Of a DNA stretch of 64,000 bases, positions 11,901 through 26,300 are shown in pieces (position 1 is the first letter of the stretch; each line of letters starts with the position of its first letter). Made by a program: the position numbers and the translations under genes. The notes under the pieces were generated by a model. That model had not been told where the DNA came from. It made no database searches and was given only the letters and a program-made list of their open reading frames with translations. The DNA comes from the human T2T-CHM13v2.0 reference genome, Homo sapiens: the NCBI RefSeq assembly GCF_009914755.1, contig NC_060925.1; one strand, given 5' to 3'.

Positions 11901-14900
11901 CTTCAAATGGAATGGAATGGAATCATCGCATAGAATCGAACGGAATTATCATCGAATGGAATCGAATGGAATCAACATCAAACAGAAAAAACCGGAATTA
12001 TCGAATGGAATCGAAGAGAATCATCGAATGGACCCGAATGGAATAATCTAATGGAATGGAATGGAATAATCCATGGACTCGAATGCAATCATCATCGAAT
12101 GGAATCGAATGGAATCATCGAATGGACTCGAATGGAATAATCATTGAACGGAATCGAATGGAATCATCATCGGATGGAAATGAATGGAATCATCATCGAA
12201 TGGAATCGAATAGAATTGTGGAATGAAATACAGTGTGATCATCATCGAATGGACCCCAGTGGAATCATCATCCAACGGAAGCTAATGGAATCAACATCGA
12301 ATGAATCGAATGGAAACACCATCGAATTGAAACGAGTGGAATTATCATGAAATTGAAATGGATGGACTCATCATCGAATGGATTCGAATGGAATCATCGA
12401 ATAAAATTGATTGAAATCATCATCAAATGGAATCGAATTGTATCATTGAATGGAATCGAATGGAATCATCATCAGATGGAAATGAATGGAATCGTCATAG
12501 AATGGAATCGAATGGATTCATTGAATGGAATCAGATGCAATCATCGAATGGACTGGAATGGAATCATTGAATGGACTCGAAAGGGATCATTATTGAATGG
12601 AATTGAATGGAATCATCGAATGGTCTCGATTGGAATCATCGAATGGAATCGAATGGAATCACCGAATAGAATCGAATGGAACAATCATCGAATGGACTCA
12701 AATGGAATTATCATCAAATGGAATGGAATGGAATTATCGAATGCAATCGAATGGAATTATCGAATGCAATCGAATAGAATCATCGAATGGACTCGAAGGG
12801 AATCATCGAATGGAATGGAATGGAACAGTCAATGAACTCGAATGGAATCATCATTGAATGGAATCGAATGGAATCATCGAGTGGAATCGAATGGAATTAT
12901 GATCAAATGGAATCGAATGTAATCATCATCAAATGGAATCAAAAATAACCATCATCAATTTGTATTGAATGGAATTGTCATCAAATGGAATTCAAAGGAA
13001 ACATCATAAAATGGAACCGAATGGAATCCTCATTGAAATGGAAATGAAAGCGGTCATCATCTAATGGAATCGCATGGAATCATCATCAAATGGAATCGAA
13101 TGGAATCATCATCAAATGGAATCTGATGGAATCATTGAACAGAATTGAATGGAATCGTCATCGAATGAATTGAATGCAATCATCGAATGGTCTCGAATGG
13201 AATCAACTTCAAATGGAAAGGAATGGAATCATCGCATAGAATCGAATGGAATTATCATCGAATGGAATCGAATGGAATCAACATCAAACGGAAAAAAACG
13301 GAATTATCGAATGGAATCGAAGAGAATCATCGAATGGACCCGAATGGAATCATCTAATGGAATGGAATGGAATAATCCATGGACTCGAATGCAATCATCA
13401 TCGAATGGAATCGAATGGAATCATCGAATGGACTCGAATGGAATAATCATTGAACGGAATCGAATGGAATTATCTTCGGATGGAAATGAATGGAATCATC
13501 ATCGAATGGAATCGAATAGAATTATGGAATGAAATCCAGTGTGATCATCATCGAATGGACCCGAATGGAATCATCATCCAACGGAAGCTAATGGAATCAA
13601 CATCGAATGAATCTAATGGAAACACCATCGAATTGAAACGAATGGAATTATCATGAAATTGAAATGGATGGACTCATCATCGGATGGATTCGAATGGAAT
13701 CATCGAATAAAATTGATTGAAATCATCATCAAATTGAATCGAATGGTATCATTGAATGGAATCGAATGGAATCATCATCAGATGGAAATGAATGGAATCG
13801 TCATAGAATGGAATCGAATGGATTCATTGAATGGAATCAGATGGAATCATCGAATGGACTGGAATGGAATCATTGAATGGACTCGAAAGGGATCATGATT
13901 GAATGGAATTGAATGGAATCATGGAATGGTCTCGATTGGAATCATTATCGAATGGAATCGAATGGAATCACCGAATAGAATCGAATGGAACAATCATCGA
14001 ATGGACTCAAATGGAATTATCCTCAAATGGAATCGAATGGAATTATCGAATGCAATCGAATGGAATTATCGATTGCAATCGAATAGAATCATCGAATGGA
14101 CTCGAATGGAATCATCGAATGGAATGGAATGGAACAGTCAATGAACTCGAATGGAATCATCATTGAATGGAATCGAATGGAATCATCGAGTGGAATCGAA
14201 TGGAATTATGATCAAATGGAATCGAATGTAATCATCATCAAATGGAATCAAAAATAACCATCATCAATTGGTATTGAATGGAATTGTCATCAAATGGAAT
14301 TCAAAGGAATCATCATCAAATGGAACCGAATGGAATCCTCATTGAATGGAAATGAAAGGGGTCATCATCTAATGGAATCGCATGGAATCATCATCTAATG
14401 GAATCGAATGGAATCATCATCAAATGGAATCTAATGGAATCATTGAACAGAATGGAATGGAATCATCATCGAATGAATTGAATGCAATCATCGAATGGTC
14501 TCGAATGGAATCATCTTCTAATGGAAAGGAATGGAATCATCGCATAGAATCGAATGGAATTATCATCGAATGGAATCGAATGGTATCAACACCAAACGGA
14601 AAAAAACGGAATTATCGAATGGAATCGAAGAGAATCTTCGAACGGACCCGAATGGAATCATCTAATGGAATGGAATGGAATAATCCATGGACTCGAATGC
14701 AATCATCATCGAATGGAATCGAATGGAATCATCGAATGGACTCGAATGGAATAATCATTGAACGGAATCGAATGGAATCATCATCGGATGGAAACGAATG
14801 GAATCATCATCGAATGGAAATGAAAGGAGTCATCATCTAAGGGAATTGCATGGAATCATCATAAAATGGAATCGAATGGAATCAACATCAAATGGAATCA

Positions 14901-16232
14901 AATGGAATCATTGAACGGAATTGAATGGAATCGTCATCGAATGAATTGACTGCAATCATCCAATGGTCTCGAATGGAATCATCTTCAAATGGAATGGAAT
15001 GGAATCATCGCATAGAATCGAATGGAATTATCATCGAATGGAATCGAATGGAATCAACATCAAACGGAAAAAAACGGAATTATCGAATGGAATCGAAGAG
15101 AATCATCGAATGGACCCGAATGGAATCATCTAATGGAATGGAATGGAATAATCCATGGACTCGAATGCAATCATCATCGAATGGAATCGAATGGAATCAT
15201 CGAATGGACTCGAATGGAATAATCATTGAACGGAATCGAATGGAATCATCATCGGATGGAAATGAATGGAATCATCATCGAATGGAATCGAATAGAATTA
15301 TGGAATTAAATCCAGTGTGATCATCATCGAATGGACCCGAATGGAATCATCATCCAACGGAAGCTAATGGAATCAACATCGAATGAATCAAATGGAAACA
15401 CCATCGAATTGAAACGAATGGAATTATCATGAAATTGAAATGGATGGACTCATCATCGAATGGATTCGAATGGAATCATCGAATAAAATTGATTGAAATC
15501 ATCATCGAATGGAATCGAATGGTATCATTGAATGGAATCGAATGGAATCATCATCAGATGGAAATGAATGGAATCGTCATAGAATGGAATCGAATGGATT
15601 CATTGAATGGAATCAGATGGAATCATCGAATGGACTGGAATGGAATCATTGAATGGACTCGAAAGGGATCATGATTGAATGGAATTGAATGGAATCATCG
15701 AATGGTCTCGATTGGAATCATTATCAAATGGAATCGAATGGAATCACCGAATAGAATCGAATGGAACAATCATCGAATGGACTCAAATGGAATTATCCTC
15801 CAATGGAATCGAATGGAATTATCGAATGCAATCGAATGGAATTATCGAATGCAATCGAATAGAATCATCGAATGGACTCGAATGGAATCATCGAATGGAA
15901 TGGAATGGAACAGTCAATGAACTCGAATGGAATCATCATTGAATGGAATCGAATGGAATCATCGAGTGGAATCGAATGGAATTATGATCAAATGGAATCG
16001 AATGTAATCATCATCAAATGGAATCAAAAATAACCATCATCAATTGGTATTGAATGGAATTGTCATCAAATGGAATTCAAAGGAATCATCATCAAATGGA
16101 ACCGAATGGAATCCTCATTGAATGGAAATGAAAGGGGTCATCATCTAATGGAATCGCATGGAATCATCATCAAATGGAATCGAATGGAATCATCATCAAA
16201 TGGAATCTAATGGAATCATTGAACAGAATTGA

Positions 16233-17295
16233 ATGGAATCGTCATCGAATGAATTGAATGCAATCATCGAATGGTCTCGAATGGAATCATCTTCTAATGG
16301 AAAGGAATGGAATCATCGCATAGAATCGAATGGAATTATCATCGAATGGAATCGAATGGTATCAACACCAAACGGAAAAAAACGGAATTATCGAATGGAA
16401 TCGAAGAGAATCTTCGAACGGACCCGAATGGAATCATCTAATGGAATGGAATGGAATAATCCATGGACTCGAATGCAATCATCATCGAATGGAATCGAAT
16501 GGAATCATCGAATGGACTCGAATGGAATAATCATTGAACGGAATCGAATGGAATCATCATCGGATGGAAACGAATGGAATCAACATCGAATTGAAATGAA
16601 AGGAGTCATCATCTAATGGAATTGCATGGAATCATCATAAAATGGAATCGAATGGAATCAACATCAAATGGAATCAAATGGAATCATTGAACGGAATTGA
16701 ATGGAATCGTCATCGAATGAATTGACTGCAATCATCGAATGGTCTCGAATGGAATCATCTTCAAATGGAATGGAATGGAATCATCGCATAGAATCGAATG
16801 GAATTATCATCGAATGGAATCGAATGGAATCAACATCAAACGGAAAAAAACGGAATTATCGAATGGAATCGAAGAGAATCATCGAATGGACCCAAATGGA
16901 ATCATCTAATGGAATGGAATGGAATAATCCATGGACTCGAATGCAATCATCATCGAATGGAATCGAATGGAATCATCGAATGAACTCGAATGGAATCATC
17001 ATTGAATGGAATCGAATGGAATCATCGAGTGGAATCGAATGGAATTATGATCAAATGGAATCGAATGTAATCATCATCAAATGGAATCAAAAATAACCAT
17101 CATCAATTGGTATTGAATGGAATTGTCATCAAATGGAATTCAAAGGAATCATCATCAAATGGAACCGAATGGAATCCTCATTGAATGGAAATGAAAGGGG
17201 TCATCATCTAATGGAATCGCATGGAATCATCATCAAATGGAATCGAATGGAATCATCATCAAATGGAATCTAATGGAATCATTGAACAGAATTGA
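16233..17295 (+). repeat. 1,063-bp deletion-variant unit (713 bp missing); 10 copies in the right domain
   Basis: The junction CATCGAATGAACTCGAATGGAATCATCATTG near 16975 gives ORFs ending IIIKWNQK at 17096, 19935, 22453, 26279, 29117, 40359, 43198, 51044, 53883 and 58498. Landmark spacings are 2839 (1776+1063) and 2371 (1308+1063). Confidence 0.9.
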
Positions 17296-20180
17296 ATGGA
17301 ATCGTCATCGAATGAATTGAATGCAATCATCGAATGGTCTCGAATGGAATCATCTTCTAATGGAAAGGAATGGAATCATCGCATAGAATCGAATGGAATT
17401 ATCATCGAATGGAATCGAATGGTATCAACACCAAACTGAAAAAAACGGAATTATCGAATGGAATCGAAGAGAATCTTCGAACGGACCCGAATGGAATCAT
17501 CTAATGGAATGGAATGGAATAATCCATGGACTCGAATGCAATCATCATCGAATGGAATCGAATGGAATCATCGAATGGACTCGAATGGAATAATCATTGA
17601 ACGGAATCGAATGGAATCATCATCGGATGGAAACGAATGGAATCATCATCGAATGGAAATGAAAGGAGTCATCATCTAATGGAAATGCATGGAATCATCA
17701 TAAAATGGAATCGAATGGAATCAACATCAAATGGAATCAAATGGAATCATTGAACGGAATTGAATGGAATCGTCATCGAATGAATTGAATGCAATCATCG
17801 AATGGTCTCGAATGGAATCATCTTCAAATGGAATGGAATGGAATCATCGCATAGAATCGAATGGAATTATCATCGAATGGAATCGAATGGAATCAACATC
17901 AAACGGAAAAAAACGGAATTATCGAATGGAATCGAAGAGAATCATCGAATGGACCCGAATGGAATCATCTAATGGAATGGAATGGAATAATCCATGGACT
18001 CGAATGCAATCATCATCGAATGGAATCGAATGGAATCATCGAATGGACTCGAATGGAATAATCATTGAACGGAAACGAATGGAATCATCATCGGATGGAA
18101 ATGAATGGAATCATCATCGAATAGAATCGAATAGAATTATGGAATGAAATCCAGTGTGATCATCATCGAATGGACCCGAATGGAATCATCATCCAACGGA
18201 AGCTAATGGAATGAACATCGAATGAATCGAATGGAAACACCATCGAATTGAAACGAATGGAATTATCATGAAATTGAAATGGATGGACTCATCATCGAAT
18301 GGATTCGAATGGAATCATCGAATAAAATTGATTGAAATCATCATCGAATGGAATCGAATGGTATCATTGAATGGAATCGAATGGAATCATCATCAGATGG
18401 AAATGAATGGAATCGTCATAGAATGGAATCGAATGGATTCATTGAATGGAATCAGATGGAATCATCGAATGGACTGGAATGGAATCATTGAATGGACTCG
18501 AAAGGGATCATGATTGAATGGAATTGAATGGAATCATCGAATGGTCTCGATTGGAATCATTATCAAATGGAATCGAATTGAATCACCGAATAGAATCGAA
18601 TGGAACAATCATCGAATGGACTCAAATGGAATTATCCTCCAATGGAATCGAATGGAATTATCGAATGCAATCGAATGGAATTATCGAATGCAATCGAATA
18701 GAATCATCGAATGGACTCGAATGGAATCATCGAATGGAATGGAATGGAACAGTCAATGAACTCGAATGGAATCATCATTGAATGGAATCGAATGGAATCA
18801 TCGAGTGGAATCGAATGGAATTATGATCAAATGGAATCGAATGTAATCATCATCAAATGGAATCAAAAATAACCATCATCAATTGGTATTGAATGGAATT
18901 GTCATCAAATGGAATTCAAAGGAATCATCATCAAATGGAACCGAATGGAATCCTCATTGAATGGAAATGAAAGGGGTCATCATCTAATGGAATCGCATGG
19001 AATCATCATCAAATGGAATCGAACGGAATCATCATCAAATGGAATCTAATGGAATCATTGAACAGAATTGAATGGAATCGTCATCGAATGAATTGAATGC
19101 AATCATCGAATGGTCTCGAATGGAATCATCTTCTAATGGAAAGGAATGGAATCATCGCATAGAATCGAATGGAATTATCATCGAATGGAATCGAATGGTA
19201 TCAACACCAAACGGAAAAAAACGGAATTATCGAATGGAATCGAAGAGAATCTTCGAACGGACCTGAATGGAATCATCTAATGGAATGGAATGGAATAATC
19301 CATGGACTCGAATGCAATCATCATCGAATGGAATCGAATGGAATCATCGAATGGACTCGAATGGAATAATCATTGAACGGAATCGAATGGAATCATCATC
19401 GGATGGAAACGAATGGAATCATCATCGAATGGAAATGAAAGGAGTCATCATCTAATGGAATTGCATGGAATCATCATAAAATGGAATCGAATGGAATCAA
19501 CATCAAATGGAATCAAATGGAATCATTGAACGGAATTGAATGGAATCGTCATCGAATGAATTGACTGCAATCATCGAATGGTCTCGAATGGAATCATCTT
19601 CAAATGGAATGGAATGGAATCATCGCATAGAATCGAATGGAAGTATCATCGAATGGAATCGAATGGAATCAACATCAAACGGAAAAAAACGGAATTATCG
19701 AATGGAATCGAAGAGAATCATCGAATGGACCCGAATGGAATCATCTAATGGAATGGAATGGAATAATCCATGGACTCGAATGCAATCATCATCGAATGGA
19801 ATCGAATGGAATCATCGAATGAACTCGAATGGAATCATCATTGAATGGAATCGAATGGAATCATCGAGTGGAATCGAATGGAATTATGATCAAATGGAAT
19901 CGAATGTAATCATCATCAAATGGAATCAAAAATAACCATCATCAATTGGTATTGAATGGAATTGTCATCAAAAGGAATTCAAAGGAATCATCATCAAATG
20001 GAACCGAATGGAATCCTCATTGAATGGAAATGAATGGGGTCATCATCTAACGGAATCGCATGGAATCATCATCAAATGGAATCGAATGGAATCATCATCA
20101 AATGGAATCTAATGGAATCATTGAACAGAATTGAATGGAATCGTCATCGAATGAATTGAATGCAATCATCGAATGGTCTC

Positions 20181-20327
20181 GAATGCAATCACATTCTAAT
20201 GGAAAGGAATGGAATCATCGCATAGAATCGAATGGAATTAACATTGAATGGACTCGAATGGAATCAACATCAAACGGAATCAAGCGGAATTATCGAATGG
20301 AATCGAAGAGAATCATCGAATGGACTC
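20181..20327 (+). repeat. 147-bp divergent partial duplication of module A (further copies at 24007-24153 and 44752-44898)
   Basis: GAATGCAATCACATTCTAATGG...AATTAACATTGAATGGACTC...GGAATCAAGCGG...GGACTC, followed by a restart at GAATGGAATCATCTTCTAATGG. This yields spacings of 1455 (1308+147), 1923 (1776+147) and 2518 (1063+1455). Confidence 0.88.
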
Positions 20328-23300
20328 GAATGGAATCATCTTCTAATGGAAAGGAATGGAATCATCGCATAGAATCGAATGGAATTATCATCGAATGGAA
20401 TCGAATGGTATCAACACCAAACGGAAAAAAACGGAATTATCGAATGGAATCGAAGAGAATCTTCGAACGGACCCGAATGGAATCATCTAATGGAATGGAA
20501 TGGAATAATCCATGTACTCGAATGCAATCATCATCGAATAGAATCGAATGGAATCATCGAATGGACTCGAATGGAATAATCATTGAACGGAATCGAATGG
20601 AATCATCATCGGATGGAAATGAATGGAATCATCATCGAATGGAATCGAATAGAATTATGGAATGAAATCCAGTGTGATCATCATCGAATGGACCCGAATG
20701 GAATCATCATCCAACGGAAGCTAATGGAATCAACATCGAATGAATCGAATGGAAACACCATCGAATTGAAACGAATGGAATTATCATGAAATTGAAATGG
20801 ATGGACTCATCATCGAATGGATTCGAATGGAATCATCGAATAAAATTGATTGAAATCATCATCAAATGGAATCGAATGGTATCATTGAATGGAATCGAAT
20901 GGAATCATCATCAGATGGAAATGAATGGAATCGTCATAGAATGGAATCGAATGGATTCATTGAATGGAATCAGATGGAATCATCGAATGGACTGGAATGG
21001 AATCATTGAATGGACTCGAAAGGGATCATGATTGAATGGAATTGAATGGAATCATCGAATGGTCTCGATTGGAATCATTATCAAATGGAATCGAATGGAA
21101 TCACCGAATAGAATCGAATGGAACAATCATCGAATGGACTCAAATGGAATTATCCTCCAATGGAATCGAATGGAATTATCGAATGCAATCGAATGGAATT
21201 ATCGAATGCAATCGAATAGAATCATCGAATGGACTCGAATGGAATCATCGAATGGAATGGAATGGAACAGTCAATGAACTCGAATGGAATCATCATTGAA
21301 TGGAATCGAATGGAATCATCGAGTGGAATCGAATGGAATTATGATCAAATGGAATCGAATGTAATCATCATCAAATGGAATCAAAAATAACCATCATCAA
21401 TTGGTATTGAATGGAATTGTCATCAAATGGAATTCAAAGGAATCATCATCAAATGGAACCGAATGGAATCCTCATTGAATGGAAATGAAAGGGGTCATCA
21501 TCTAATGGAATCGCATGGAATCATCATCAAATGGAATCGAATGGAATCATCATCAAATGGAATCTAATGGAATCATTGAACAGAATTGAATGGAATCGTC
21601 ATCGAATGAATTGAATGCAATCATCGAATGGTCTCGAATGGAATCATCTTCTAATGGAAAGGAATGGAATCATCGCATAGAATCGAATGGAATTATCATC
21701 GAATGGAATCGAATGGTATCAACACCAAACGGAAAAAAACGGAATTATCGAATGGAATCGAAGAGAATCTTCGAACGGACCCGAATGGAATCATCTAATG
21801 GAATGGAATGGAATAATCCATGGACTCGAATGCAATCATCATCGAATGGAATCGAATGGAATCATCGAATGGACTCGAATGGAATAATCATTGAACGGAA
21901 TCGAATGGAATCATCATCGGATGGAAACGAATGGAATCAACATCGAATTGAAATGAAAGGAGTCATCATCTAATGGAATTGCATGGAATCATCATAAAAT
22001 GGAATCGAATGGAATCAACATCAAATGGAATCAAATGGAATCATTGAACGGAATTGAATGGAATCGTCATCGAATGAATTGACTGCAATCATCGAATGGT
22101 CTCGAATGGAATCATCTTCAAATGGAATGGAATGGAATCATCGCATAGAATCGAATGGAATTATCATCGAATGGAATCGAATGGAATCAACATCAAACGG
22201 AAAAAAACGGAATTATCGAATGGAATCGAAGAGAATCATCGAATGGACCCAAATGGAATCATCTAATGGAATGGAATGGAATAATCCATGGACTCGAATG
22301 CAATCATCATCGAATGGAATCGAATGGAATCATCGAATGAATTCGAATGGAATCATCATTGAATGGAATCGAATGGAATCATCGAGTGGAATCGAATGGA
22401 ATTATGATCAAATGGAATCGAATGTAATCATCATCAAATGGAATCAAAAATAACCATCATCAATTGGTATTGAATGGAATTGTCATCAAATGGAATTCAA
22501 AGGAATCATCATCAAATGGAACCGAATGGAATCCTCATTGAATGGAAATGAAAGGGGTCATCATCTAATGGAATCGCATGGAATCATCATCAAATGGAAT
22601 CGAATGGAATCATCATCAAATGGAATCTAATGGAATCATTGAACAGAATTGAATGGAATCGTCATCGAATGAATTGAATGCAATCATCGAATGGTCTCGA
22701 ATGGAATCATCTTCTAATGGAAAGGAATGGAATCATCGCATAGAATCGAATGGAATTATCATCGAATGGAATCGAATGGTATCAACACCAAACGGAAAAA
22801 AACGGAATTATCGAATGGAATCGAAGAGAATCTTCGAACGGACCCGAATGGAATCATCTAATGGAATGGAATGGAATAATCCATGGACTCGAATGCAATC
22901 ATCATCGAATGGAATCGAATGGAATCATCGAATGGACTCGAATGGAATAATCATTGAACGGAAACGAATGGAATCATCATCGGATGGAAATGAATGGAAT
23001 CATCATCGAATGGAATCGAATAGAATTATGGAATGAAATCCAGTGTGATCATCATCGAATGGACCCGAATGGAATCATCATCCAACGGAAGCTAATGGAA
23101 TCAACATCGAATGAATCGAATGGAAACACCATCGAATTGAAACGAATGGAATTATCATGAAATTGAAATGGATGGACTCATCATCGAATGGATTCGAATG
23201 GAATCATCGAATAAAATTGATTGAAATCATCATCGAATGGAATCGAATTGTATCATTGAATGGAATCGAATGGAATCATCATCAGATGGAAATGAATGGA

Positions 23301-26300
23301 ATCGTCATAGAATGGAATCGAATGGATTCATTGAATGGAATCAGATGGAATCATCGAATGGACTGGAATGGAATCATTGAATGGACTCAAAAGGGATCAT
23401 GATTGAATGGAGTTGAATGGAATCATCGAATGGTCTCGATTGGAATCATTATCAAATGGAATCGAATGGAATCACCGAATAGAATCGAATGGAACAATCA
23501 TCGAATGGACTCAAATGGAATTATCCTCCAATGGAATCGAATGGAATTATCGAATGCAATCGAATGGAATTATCGAATGCAATAGAATAGAATCATCGAA
23601 TGGACTCGAATGGAATCATCGAATGGAATGGAATGGAACAGTCAATGAACTCGAATGGAATCATCATTGAATGGAATCGAATGGAATCATCGAGTGGAAT
23701 CGAATGGAATTATGATCAAATGGAATCGAATATAATCATCATCAAATGGAATTAAAAATAACCATCATCAATTGGTATTGAATGGAATTCTCATCAAATG
23801 GAATTCAAAAGAATCATCATCAAATGGAACTGAATGGAATCCTCATTGAATGGAAATGAAAGGGGTCATCATCTAATGGAATCGCATGGAATCATCATCA
23901 AATGGAATCGAATGGAATCATCATCAAATGGAATCTGATGGAATCATTGAACAGAATTGAATGGAATCGTCATCGAATGAATTGAATGCAATCATCGAAT
24001 GGTCTTGAATGCAATCACATTCTAATGGAAAGGAATGGAATCATCGCATAGAATCGAATGGAATTAACATTGAATGGACTCGAATGGAATCAACATCAAA
24101 CGGAATCAAGCGGAATTATCGAATGGAATCGAAGAGAATCATCGAATGGACTCGAATGGAATCATCTTCTAATGGAAAGGAATGGAATCATCGCATAGAA
24201 TCGAATGGAATTATCATCGAATGGAATCGAATGGTATCAACACCAAACGGAAAAAAACGGAATTATCGAATGGAATCGAAGAGAATCTTCGAACGGACCC
24301 GAATGGAATCATCTAATGGAATGGAATGGAATAATCCATGTACTCGAATGCAATCATCATCGAATGGAATCGAATGGAATCATCGAATGGACTCGAATGG
24401 AATAATCATTGAACGGAATCGAATGGAATCATCATCGGATGGAAATGAATGGAATCATCATCGAATGGAATCGAATAGAATTATGGAATGAAATCCAGTG
24501 TGATCATCATCGAATGGACCCGAATGGAATCATCATCCAACGGAAGCTAATGGAATCAACATCGAATGAATCGAATGGAAACACCATCGAATTGAAACGA
24601 ATGGAATTATCATGAAATTGAAATGGATGGACTCATCATCGAATGGATTCGAATGGAATCATCGAATAAAATTGATTGAAATCATCATCAAATGGAATCG
24701 AATGGTATCATTGAATGGAATCGAATGGAATCATCATCAGATGGAAATGAATGGAATCGTCATAGAATGGAATCGAATGGATTCATTGAATGGAATCAGA
24801 TGGAATCATCGAATGGACTGGAATGGAATCATTGAATGGACTCGAAAGGGATCATGATTGAATGGAATTGAATGGAATCATCGAATGGTCTCGATTGGAA
24901 TCATTATCAAATGGAATCGAATGGAATCACCGAATAGAATCGAATGGAACAATCATCGAATGGACTCAAATGGAATTATCCTCCAATGGAATCGAATGGA
25001 ATTATCGAATGCAATCGAATGGAATTATCGAATGCAATCGAATAGAATCATCGAATGGACTCGAATGGAATCATCGAATGGAAAGGAATGGAACAGTCAA
25101 TGAACTCGAATGGAATCATCATTGAATGGAATCGAATGGAATCATCGAGTGGAATCGAATGGAATTATGATCAAATGGAATCGAATGTAATCATCATCAA
25201 ATGGAATCAAAAATAACCATCATCAATTGGTATTGAATGGAATTGTCATCAAATGGAATTCAAAGGAATCATCATCAAATGGAACCGAATGGAATCCTCA
25301 TTGAATGGAAATGAAAGGGGTCATCATCTAATGGAATCGCATGGAATCATCATCAAATGGAATCGAATGGAATCATCATCAAATGGAATCTAATGGAATC
25401 ATTGAACAGAATTGAATGGAATCGTCATCGAATGAATTGAATGCAATCATCGAATGGTCTCGAATGGAATCATCTTCTAATGGAAAGGAATGGAATCATC
25501 GCATAGAATCGAATGGAATTATCATCGAATGGAATCGAATGGTATCAACACCAAACGGAAAAAAACGGAATTATCGAATGGAATCGAAGAGAATCTTCGA
25601 ACGGACCCGAATGGAATCATCTAATGGAATGGAATGGAATAATCCATGGACTCGAATGCAATCATCATCGAATGGAATCGAATGGAATCATCGAATGGAC
25701 TCGAATGGAATAATCATTGAACGGAATCGAATGGAATCATCATCGGATGGAAACGAATGGAATCAACATCGAATTGAAATGAAAGGAGTCATCATCTAAT
25801 GGAATTGCATGGAATCATCATAAAATGGAATCGAATGGAATCAACATCAAATGGAATCAAATGGAATCATTGAACGGAATTGAATGGAATCGTCATCGAA
25901 TGAATTGACTGCAATCATCGAATGGTCTCGAATGGAATCATCTTCAAATGGAATGGAATGGAATCATCGCATAGAATCGAATGGAATTATCATCGAATGG
26001 AATCGAATGGAATCAACATCAAACGGAAAAAAACGGAATTATCGAATGGAATCGAAGAGAATCATCGAATGGACCCAAATGGAATCATCTAATGGAATGG
26101 AATGGAATAATCCATGGACTCGAATGCAATCATCATCGAATGGAATCGAATGGAATCATCGAATGAACTCGAATGGAATCATCATTGAATGGAATCGAAT
26201 GGAATCATCGAGTGGAATCGAATGGAATTATGATCAAATGGAATCGAATGTAATCATCATCAAATGGAATCAAAAATAACCATCATCAATTGGTATTGAA

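Noticed and set aside
20181-20327. Insert length of 147 bp equals nucleosome core DNA length
   Set aside because: All three copies descend from one event, and the length is explained by the spacing of homologous GG(T/A)CTCGAATG motifs. The other indel sizes (468, 713, 791, 1015) show no nucleosomal pattern.
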